64,000 bases of DNA, from the NCBI GenBank assembly GCA_021806565.1, contig JAJZXK010000005.1, forward strand, positions 2,555 through 66,554. The letters run 5' to 3'. Positions within the stretch are counted from its first letter, which is position 1. Every line of letters starts with the position of its first letter. This document shows, one piece after another, positions 9,696-16,967 of the stretch. Both the position numbers and the translations under genes were made by a program. Origin of the DNA: Bacillota bacterium. Its GTDB lineage: Bacteria; Bacillota; Sulfobacillia; RBS10-35; JAJYVN01. A model generated the notes under the pieces. The model ran no database searches. It was not told the DNA's origin and was given only the letters and a program-made list of their open reading frames with translations.

Positions 9696-10229
9696 TCAGC
9701 GCAGGAACGCCGCGACCGCGGCGGCCGCGTCGGGCGCCCATGCGGCCGCCGCCAGCTCCACCCCGTCGGGTGGCGGCGGGCCGACGCGGATCGCCCGCAC
9801 CCCGGCCGCCGCCGCCGCCTCAATGTCGGTCGGGGAGTCGCCGATCAACACCGACGCCGACAGGTCAAGCCGCAGGGTCCGCGCCGCCTCATGCAGGAGG
9901 CCTGGACGCGGCTTGCGGCAGCCGCAGCCGTCCTCTGGGCGGTGGGGGCAGACAAACACCCCGTCGATCCGCCCGCCGGCCACGGCCGCCTCGGCGAGCA
10001 TGCGATCGTGAATGGCGCGGACGCCGTCGGCGGACACCAACCCGCGCCCGATGCAGGCCTGATTGGTGACCACCGCGCAGATCAGCCCCGCCCCGTGTGC
10101 GTGCGCCAATGCCGCCCGCGCCCCGGGCAGCCATTCGAAATCGTCGGGGCGTAGAACATAGCCGCCGACGATCCGGCGGTTGAGCACCCCGTCACGATCG
10201 AAGAGGATGGCCCGCCGCAACCCGTTCAC
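9696..10229 (-). CDS. gmhB: D-glycero-D-manno-heptose 1,7-bisphosphate phosphatase (HAD IIIA)
   Basis: FDRDGVLN, VVTNQ, CPH...CGCRKPRPG, IGDSPTD. GTGA overlap with hddA. Confidence 0.88.
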   Translation of the reverse strand: MNGLRRAILFDRDGVLNRRIVGGYVLRPDDFEWLPGARAALAHAHGAGLICAVVTNQACIGRGLVSADGVRAIHDRMLAEAAVAGGRIDGVFVCPHRPEDGCGCRKPRPGLLHEAARTLRLDLSASVLIGDSPTDIEAAAAAGVRAIRVGPPPPDGVELAAAAWAPDAAAAVAAFLR

Positions 10230-11197
10230 AGCTGGTAGAGAATGCGGCTGCCCGCACCCCAGAGGCGGAAGGGTAGCTCGCGATAATCCGCCAGGGCCGC
10301 GCGCAGCGCCGCCTGCCGCTCTCCCGGACAATACACCAGCAGGAAGCCACCACCACCGGCTCCGGTCACCTTGCCCCCCAAGGCCCCGGCCTCCCGCGCC
10401 AGCCCGTACATCCGCTCGATCTCGTCGGTGCTGATCCGAGTGGACAGGCTGCGCTTCAGGCACCATGCCTCGTGGAGCAGGCGCCCGAAATCGTCCAGGC
10501 TTCCCTGGAGCAGGAGTGCTTCGCCGAGTTCCGCCTGACGGCGCATTTCACCGAGGGTGTCCAGGTTATGCCCGACCTTGGCCGCTTGATCCTCCAACAC
10601 GGCCGACGCCGAACGACTGATGCCAGTGTAGAACAACAGCAATCGCTCGTCCAACCGGCGCAGGACGTCAAGCCCCACGTCGACCCGGTGGCAATGCACC
10701 GCGCCGTCTGGCTCGAACACCATGTGGCGCAGCCCGCCGAAGGCGCTGGCATACTGGTCCTGAACGCCGATCGGCCGCTCCAGCCGCCCCAGTTCGATGG
10801 CGCAGGCCTCCTGGGCCAATTGCGCTGCACCGACGGCCTCGCCGCGATAGGCGTGCAGCGCGTTGAGCAGGCCGACCGTCACCGCGCTGGACGAACCGAG
10901 CCCGGTCCCCTCCGATGGAATGTCGGCGAAGGTCGCGAGTTCGATCCCACGCCCGACCCCGGTCAGGCGTAGTGCCTCACGCACCAGATCGTGGCGCACC
11001 TCGTCGATGTCCGCCACCGTCTCCGTGCGCGTATAGGCCACGCGGATCTGGTCGTCAAAGCGGTCTTTGACCACCACGTAGATGAACTTGTCGATGGTGA
11101 CACTCAGCACCGCCCCGGAGATGCGGCGATAGACCTCCGGGATGTCGGTGCCGCCGCCAAAGAAGCCGATCCGCAGGGGGGACTGCGCCACGATCAA
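10226..11197 (-). CDS. hddA: GHMP kinase, D-glycero-alpha-D-manno-heptose 7-phosphate kinase
   Basis: PLRIGFFGGGTD, GTGLGSSS, IGVQDQY, GGKVTGAGGGGF. TTGA overlap. Confidence 0.85.
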   Translation of the reverse strand: MIVAQSPLRIGFFGGGTDIPEVYRRISGAVLSVTIDKFIYVVVKDRFDDQIRVAYTRTETVADIDEVRHDLVREALRLTGVGRGIELATFADIPSEGTGLGSSSAVTVGLLNALHAYRGEAVGAAQLAQEACAIELGRLERPIGVQDQYASAFGGLRHMVFEPDGAVHCHRVDVGLDVLRRLDERLLLFYTGISRSASAVLEDQAAKVGHNLDTLGEMRRQAELGEALLLQGSLDDFGRLLHEAWCLKRSLSTRISTDEIERMYGLAREAGALGGKVTGAGGGGFLLVYCPGERQAALRAALADYRELPFRLWGAGSRILYQL

Positions 11198-11883
11198 TCC
11201 GGCCACTCCTCCTGCGCCGCGGCATAGGCCGCGGGTGTGCCAATGTCTCTCAGATACCCGCTCAACGGTACCCCTGTCGCCCGCCCCAGCCAGTGCGGCA
11301 CCAGATCGCGGGCGATGTCCGCCGGATCCGGGGCCGTCAGTGCGTCCACCACGCGGCCCTCCATCACATACAGCCCGGCATTGGCCCACGTCCCGCGCGG
11401 ATGGGCGGGTTTCTCCTCGAAACCGACGATGCGGCCGTCGGCGTCCAGTTCCACCACCCCGGTGGCCCTCAGGTCGGCCGGTTGGAACAGCCCCATGGTC
11501 AGGGGCCGGCCGGCGGCTTGGTGCGCCCGCCGCAACGCGCCCAGATCCGCGTTGGTCAGATTGTCCGCATAGGCCACCAGGACCGGTTCGTCCGGCGGGA
11601 AAAAGTCGCGGTTGGCGCGCAGCGTACCCGCGCTGCCGAGCAACTCCGGCTCATGGACCGTCCGCGGGCGCAGCGACCCCGTGTAGCTGCGGACGAACGC
11701 CTCCACTTGGTCGGCCAGGTGGTGCGTGTTGATGCGCACCTCGTCGCAGCCGTATCGCCCCAGGAGTTCCAGCCACCGCTGCAGCATGGGGCGTCCCCGC
11801 ACCTCGATCAGGCACTTGGGCGTCTGCAGCGTCAACGGCCTCAGCCGCGTCCCGAGCCCGGCCGCGAGCAGCAGGCAGCGCAT
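11194..11883 (-). CDS. sugar-1-phosphate nucleotidyltransferase (HddC/GDP-heptose guanylyltransferase-like)
   Basis: LLAAGLGTRLRPLT..PK, FEEKP, NAGLY, DIGT. Translationally coupled to hddA. Confidence 0.85.
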   Translation of the reverse strand: MRCLLLAAGLGTRLRPLTLQTPKCLIEVRGRPMLQRWLELLGRYGCDEVRINTHHLADQVEAFVRSYTGSLRPRTVHEPELLGSAGTLRANRDFFPPDEPVLVAYADNLTNADLGALRRAHQAAGRPLTMGLFQPADLRATGVVELDADGRIVGFEEKPAHPRGTWANAGLYVMEGRVVDALTAPDPADIARDLVPHWLGRATGVPLSGYLRDIGTPAAYAAAQEEWPD

Positions 11884-12812
11884 CAGACCTCGTACCTGCC
11901 GACATACTCCACCGTCTGCCGGATCCCGTCGACCAAACTGACCGTCGGGGACCAGCCGGTGGCCGCGACGAACCGCCCGCCATCCAGGGCGATGTGCGAA
12001 ACCTCGCCGGGACGCGGCGGCAGGTGCAGGGACGCCACCTCCCGGCCCAGCACCCGCGCCAGGCCGTCGCGGATCTCCAGGACCGACACGCCGACACCCG
12101 TGCCCACATTGAAGATCTCGCCGCCGCCGACGTCGGCGAGGACCGCCCGGTTGGCGGCCACGATGTCGCTCACATAGACGTAGTCCCGCGTCTGAAGGCC
12201 GTCGCCGAAGATCTGCACCGGCTCACCGCGCAGGGCGGCGCGGGCGAAAATGCTGATCACCCCGGCCTCGCCGCGCGGGCTCTGCCGAGGGCCGTAGACG
12301 TTGGGGTAGCGCAGCACCGTGTAGTCGAGGCCATACAGCTGGCGGTACAGAAACAGGTAGTGCTCCACGGTGTGCTTGGAGATCCCATACTGCGAGATCG
12401 GCCGCACGGGGGCGTCCTCGGTCACGGGCACCCGCTGCGGATTCCCGTATACGGCGCCGCCGGTCGACGCGTAGACCACCTTGCGCACCTTGGCCGCCAC
12501 GCAGGCCTCCAACAGGTGGATGCCGCCGATCACGTTCACGGCGGCGTCGCGCTCCGGCTCCCGGGTCGAAACGCGCACATCCGACTGGCCCGCCTCGTGC
12601 AGTACCACCTCTGGCGCCACCGCCGCAAGCGAGCGCCGCACCGCGTCACCGTCCCGCAGGTCGATCCGCTCCAGGGCGGCGCCCGCCGGCACATTCGCCT
12701 CACTGCCCGTCGACAGGTCGTCCAGCGCCGTGACCTCATGCCCCGCCGCCAACAGGTGCTCCACCAGGTGCGACCCGATAAAGCCCGCGCCCCCGGTCAC
12801 CAGGATCTTCAC
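11883..12812 (-). CDS. NAD-dependent epimerase/dehydratase (extended SDR, GalE-like)
   Basis: TGGAGFIG, STGGAVYG, YGISK, YPNVYGPRQ, GDGLQTRDYVYV. Confidence 0.9.
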   Translation of the reverse strand: MKILVTGGAGFIGSHLVEHLLAAGHEVTALDDLSTGSEANVPAGAALERIDLRDGDAVRRSLAAVAPEVVLHEAGQSDVRVSTREPERDAAVNVIGGIHLLEACVAAKVRKVVYASTGGAVYGNPQRVPVTEDAPVRPISQYGISKHTVEHYLFLYRQLYGLDYTVLRYPNVYGPRQSPRGEAGVISIFARAALRGEPVQIFGDGLQTRDYVYVSDIVAANRAVLADVGGGEIFNVGTGVGVSVLEIRDGLARVLGREVASLHLPPRPGEVSHIALDGGRFVAATGWSPTVSLVDGIRQTVEYVGRYEV

Positions 12813-13001
12813 GTGGTCCCCTCCAAGCGGCGGCACACCCCCGCCGTGTTCTCCCCCGCACCTCGCGTCACGGTTCGACGGTGGCGCACCGACGCCTTCG
12901 CCCTCCAGCCCGTCCGTCGAGATACTCCAGGCCACCACCGGCGGGCGGCTTCGAGCCGGGATCCGGCAGGAAACGGTCGGGACGGCGGCGGAGACGGGTC
13001 C

Positions 13002-13505
13002 TCACCGCGGGCGTGCCCGCAGCAGATACCAGCAGGCCGCCAGTTCCACCGCCACGCACAGGACCAGGGCGGGGGCGCCCCAGGATAGCACCGCGGCCGC
13101 GACGGTCGCCGCGTCCGCCAGCGCGGCGGCCAGTGAACCGAGCAGGGCCCCCAGTGCGGCCAGCCCGGTACCGGCCCGCGGCACGAGCCAGAGGCCGAGG
13201 GGCAACCAACCCCACCGCACGGCGGCCAACAGGACGATCGCCAGGAGCGCCGGCACGAGCGGCGGCCGCGCGGCATCCCGCGGCGGTCTCGCCGGCAATG
13301 CCGCCAGCACGGCGGCCGCCAGTCCCGGCGGGGCCTGCGGCGGATCACCAAAGGCTCCCAGCGCGCCGACGGGATCGGCCCGGCGCCAGCGGCCGGCACA
13401 GGACCGGCAGGACGCCAGGTGGCAGGCCACAGCCCTCTTGTGGTCGGCCGGCAGGCTACCGTCGATCCAGCGGGGCCACAGGCGCAGGACCCGCGCGCAG
13501 TCCAT
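13002..13505 (-). CDS. zinc-binding membrane anti-sigma factor (zf-HC2/ZAS)
   Basis: MDC...HLASCRSC (Hx3Cx2C) followed by hydrophobic helices. Overlaps the end of the ECF sigma gene. Confidence 0.8.
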   Translation of the reverse strand: MDCARVLRLWPRWIDGSLPADHKRAVACHLASCRSCAGRWRRADPVGALGAFGDPPQAPPGLAAAVLAALPARPPRDAARPPLVPALLAIVLLAAVRWGWLPLGLWLVPRAGTGLAALGALLGSLAAALADAATVAAAVLSWGAPALVLCVAVELAACWYLLRARPR

Positions 13506-14070
13506 CCCGCGTTCCACCGAAGACCACCTCGCCCAACTGGGTCGCCAACCGCTTGCGCACACGGTACAGACGGTTCTTGACGATGGTCAGCGGCAATCCG
13601 AGCGCGGCGGCGATCTCGCGTAGCGGCAACTCGCGGTCGTAGGCGAGGACCACCAACAGCCGCTGCTGTGCCGGCAGGTTCGCCACCGCCTCACGCACGG
13701 CCCGTCGGCGCTCGGATGCCAGAACGGTCGCCTCCGGCCCCGGATCCGCGTCGGCGAACGCGTCCCAGGACGCATCCACCGCCTCACGCGGCCGCGCGGC
13801 CCGGCGCCGGGCGGCGTCGCGGCAGACATTGACCGCGATCCGCAACAACCAGGGACGCAGCGGGCGGGCGGGGTCGAAACGGTTGAGGCCCACGTACGCC
13901 CGCAGGAAGCACTCCTGGGTCAGGTCAGCCGCTTCGGACCGGTCACCGGCGCACCAGCGCAGGGCGATCCCGTACACGCGGTCCTGATGGGCCTGGACGA
14001 TCGCGGCAAAGGCGTTTCGTTCGCCGGCCAGGCAGCGGGCGACGGCATCCCGTTCCACCGACCCGTCCAT
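13456..14070 (-). CDS. ECF RNA polymerase sigma factor (SigW-like)
   Basis: AFAAIVQAHQ, AADLTQECFLRAY, PWLLRIAVNVCRD, LREIAAALGLPLTIVKNRLYR. Confidence 0.92.
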   Translation of the reverse strand: MDGSVERDAVARCLAGERNAFAAIVQAHQDRVYGIALRWCAGDRSEAADLTQECFLRAYVGLNRFDPARPLRPWLLRIAVNVCRDAARRRAARPREAVDASWDAFADADPGPEATVLASERRRAVREAVANLPAQQRLLVVLAYDRELPLREIAAALGLPLTIVKNRLYRVRKRLATQLGEVVFGGTRDGLRAGPAPVAPLDRR

Positions 14071-14111
14071 GACCGCGCCCCCTGCCCGCCAGGCGATCCC
14101 CTATAGCCCAT

Positions 14112-14139
14112 CTACGCAGGACGGGCCGGCCGGTCTGAT
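14112..14139 (-). promoter_or_regulatory. putative autoregulatory ECF promoter ATCAGACC-N15-CGTAG for the sigma/anti-sigma operon
   Basis: The motif is present twice, back-to-back, with identical spacing. The CGTA -10 resembles SigW-type promoters. Confidence 0.7.
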
Positions 14140-14150
14140 GCGACCCAGGG

Positions 14151-14178
14151 ATCAGACCGCGCCGGCCGCGCCGCGTAG
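14151..14178 (+). promoter_or_regulatory. putative ECF promoter ATCAGACC-N15-CGTAG for the bactofilin-like gene
   Basis: Mirror copy of the motif at 14112-14139, 36 bp before the ATG, which has a GGGAGG SD. Confidence 0.7.
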
Positions 14179-14214
14179 TAGCGTACGTCGGCATCGAAAC
14201 GGGAGGACAACACC

Positions 14215-15267
14215 ATGGTAACGGTTTCAGTGCGGCGCGCGCGCCTTCTGGCCATGACCGCCTTCGCGGTCTGCCTGTTCCTTCTCTTGGGTCCGCCCGC
14301 GACGGCGGCGGCGCCCCCCGCGTCCACCGCCGCCGCGGGCTCCGGTCCGGCCCGACCGGCCCTGCCCCTGGACCAGCAACTCTTCGGGCAGGTCCAGATC
14401 CCCGCCGGCGCGGTCGTGCGCGAAGACATCCAGATGGTGGCGGGAAACGTCCAGGTGGACGGCCGCCTCACGGGGTCGGTCTCCCTGGCCGCGGGGCAGA
14501 TCGAGGTCGGTCCCGCCGGCCGGATCGACGGCTCGGTCCATCTGGCCATGGGCCAGGTGATCGTGCAGCCCGGCGGCAGCATCGGCGGCAGCGTCGTGCT
14601 CAGCGGCCGAGCGCCGCAGAGCAGCCTCTCCTGTCCTCGGGGCGGTCTGACCTGCGCGGTCCGCGGAACCGTGGCCCACTCAGTGACCATCCACCCCGGG
14701 CGCGACTTCATGTATGGCCACCCCTCGGGCAGTCGACTGCTCCGAGCCATGGCACCCTGGATCGGATGGCTGTGGTTTGGCTTCCATGTCTTGTCCTGGC
14801 TGGGCATGCTCGCCCTGGGCCTGCCCGTGGCCGCGCTGTGGCCGAACGCCGTAGAGGCCACCGCCCTGCAGATGCGGCGCGACCCCGGCCGCAGCGTGCT
14901 CGTCGGGCTGGCCACCGCGGTACTGGCGCTGCCCGCGCTGCTTTTGGTCAGCATCACGATCATCGGCCTGCCGGTCGCCTTCGCCGCCGCAGCTGGATTG
15001 GTCGCCGTCTGGTTTTTCGGCTACATCGCCGTCTGGCAGTTGGCGGGCAGCGCGACCCTCGCCCGCGCCGGCCGCGCGGAGGCGCATCCTTTACTCAGCC
15101 TCGCCGCGGGTTCCATCCTGCTCTTTCTGGCCGGCTGGATCCCGGTGCTGGGAGGCCTGGTATGGCTGGCGGCATCCTGCCTCGGCATCGGAGCCACGCT
15201 CCTGACGCGCTTCGGTACGGGCACCCCGTGGCTGGGGCGGGGAGGGACGCCGCCTCCGGCCGTGTGA
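14215..15267 (+). CDS. membrane protein with signal peptide, bactofilin-like beta-helix and C-terminal multi-TM domain
   Basis: Signal peptide, then repeated G-[SN]-V-x-[LV]-x-G motifs (GNVQVDGRLTGSVSLAAG, IDGSVHL, IGGSVVL), then about 5-6 hydrophobic helices ending WIPVLGGLVWL...GIGA. Confidence 0.75.
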   Translation: MVTVSVRRARLLAMTAFAVCLFLLLGPPATAAAPPASTAAAGSGPARPALPLDQQLFGQVQIPAGAVVREDIQMVAGNVQVDGRLTGSVSLAAGQIEVGPAGRIDGSVHLAMGQVIVQPGGSIGGSVVLSGRAPQSSLSCPRGGLTCAVRGTVAHSVTIHPGRDFMYGHPSGSRLLRAMAPWIGWLWFGFHVLSWLGMLALGLPVAALWPNAVEATALQMRRDPGRSVLVGLATAVLALPALLLVSITIIGLPVAFAAAAGLVAVWFFGYIAVWQLAGSATLARAGRAEAHPLLSLAAGSILLFLAGWIPVLGGLVWLAASCLGIGATLLTRFGTGTPWLGRGGTPPPAV

Positions 15268-15306
15268 CCCACCGCGCTGGGTCGGGAAAGGCGCGGCGGG
15301 ACGGCA

Positions 15307-16668
15307 TCAGGAGGACCGTCGGCGCAGGTGGAACAACCGGGCCAGGCCGGCGAGGATCGTCCGCGCGGTCCGCAGGATGATCTGGGCGTCCAGCGCCGCG
15401 CTGGACCGTAGCGCGTATAGGGTGTCGAACTTCAGCTTCTCCTGGGGCAGCGTGTGGTAGTCGCCCTGCACCTGGGCCAGACCGGTCAGACCCGGCAGCA
15501 CGTGCAAGCGCGTCGCGAAGTGCGGTACGCGCGCCACCGCCGCATCGTGCAGCGACGGACGTTCGGGACGCGGGCCCACAAGGCTCATCTCGCCGCGCAA
15601 CACGTTCCACAGTTGCGGCACCTCGTCCAGGTGCAACTGGCGCAGCCAGCGGCCGACCCGGGTCGCCCGCGGATCGGCCGCCGACGCCAGCACGGGGCCG
15701 GTCGCCGCCTCCGCGTCGCGCACCATGGTCCGGATCTTGATCAGCGTGAACCGCCGGCCGTTGCGGCCGACGCGTTCCTGGCGATAGAGCACGGGCCATC
15801 CGTCTTCCGCCGCGACAAGCGCCAGCGCCGGAAGCAGGACGGGCAACGTGATCGTCAAGAACAACACACTGAGACTGATGTCGATGAAGCGCTTCAGGAT
15901 CTGCTGATACCCGCGGCCGCTCGGAGCCACCTCGATGACCAGCCGGCCGTCCCAGGCGCGGGGCCGGCTCTGCAACAGCAGCAGATCGAGCAGGCGGGGC
16001 ACCACGAAGAGATCGAGGCCGCCCTCCAACGCCAGCAACGCCACGTCTTCCTTCAACTGACCCGGCAGGGTCTGATCGAGCAGCAGCCCTGACGCGCGGT
16101 GCTCGCGCACCACTTCCCGTGCCGTCGCCACCACCGCGCCCGCCCCCAGGCCTTCACAATTGAAATCGCCCACCAGCTTGAACGGCATGGTGTCTGCGGC
16201 CGCCGCCGCAACGCCGGCCGCCGGCCCGACATGCAGCAGCACGAGGGCGGGAACGCCGATGACCCGTTCCCAGCGACGGTACAGGACGCGCCGGTAGGCG
16301 TACAGGATCAGGAAGGTGTTGACGGCCGCCAGCGCGATGACGCTGCGCGGCACGCCGAAGCTGCGCACAAAAAACGAGGCCGCCATCGCCACGACGGCGT
16401 TGAGGGCCGCCAGCAGAAACAGGCTCTGGACCTGCTCCGGCCAGGGCGGCTGCCGTTCCTCGTATAGCCCGTATACCTGCGCCAACACGACCGCGGCCAG
16501 AACGACCAGCGGCAACGCCCCAAGCAGGGCATGCTCGTTATAGGCGGGCGGCGTCCCGAGAAAGCGCGTCAGCAGCGCCAGCCCGTAAGCCGCCGCCACC
16601 GCCGCGGCGTCGATGAGGATCAACCAGCCGGTCGGCCTTCGCCGACGGCCGCCCGGTGCCACGCGCAC
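15307..16668 (-). CDS. priming polyprenyl glycosylphosphotransferase (WcaJ/WbaP/WsaP type)
   Basis: N-terminal TMs, KRFIDI, YRQERVG, KIRTM, LDEVPQLWNVLRGEMSLVGPRPERP, PGLTGLAQV. Confidence 0.93.
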   Translation of the reverse strand: MRVAPGGRRRRPTGWLILIDAAAVAAAYGLALLTRFLGTPPAYNEHALLGALPLVVLAAVVLAQVYGLYEERQPPWPEQVQSLFLLAALNAVVAMAASFFVRSFGVPRSVIALAAVNTFLILYAYRRVLYRRWERVIGVPALVLLHVGPAAGVAAAAADTMPFKLVGDFNCEGLGAGAVVATAREVVREHRASGLLLDQTLPGQLKEDVALLALEGGLDLFVVPRLLDLLLLQSRPRAWDGRLVIEVAPSGRGYQQILKRFIDISLSVLFLTITLPVLLPALALVAAEDGWPVLYRQERVGRNGRRFTLIKIRTMVRDAEAATGPVLASAADPRATRVGRWLRQLHLDEVPQLWNVLRGEMSLVGPRPERPSLHDAAVARVPHFATRLHVLPGLTGLAQVQGDYHTLPQEKLKFDTLYALRSSAALDAQIILRTARTILAGLARLFHLRRRSS

Positions 16669-16967
16669 AACCTCCCAACTTCAGCTATCGCTCCACCCAC
16701 TTGACACTCCGCCCGCCACGACGCGACGCGGATGTCGACAATCCACACCCACATATGGAAGATTCGCCTCGAACCATCGCTGTCCTTTCGTGTGGAAGCC
16801 TGGAAGGAGTCTGGGGATGGCCGTAGGCCTTGCCAGGAACGGGCGGAAGGCCACAGACCGCAACTGTCGAATCCAAGCGGCCGACCCACAAACGTATCGG
16901 GGGTGGCGCCCGCTTGGCCCGACCAATCAAATCCAAGCGCCGGCACTATGCGGCGTCCGGCCCCTCC

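Noticed and set aside
11882-11910. Further ATCAGACC/TCAGACC matches (11882, 48731)
   Set aside because: No CGTA at the 15-nt spacing, and both coincide with gene stop codons.
16701-16706. Perfect TTGACA between the priming transferase and the ligase
   Set aside because: No acceptable -10 at 16-18 bp.
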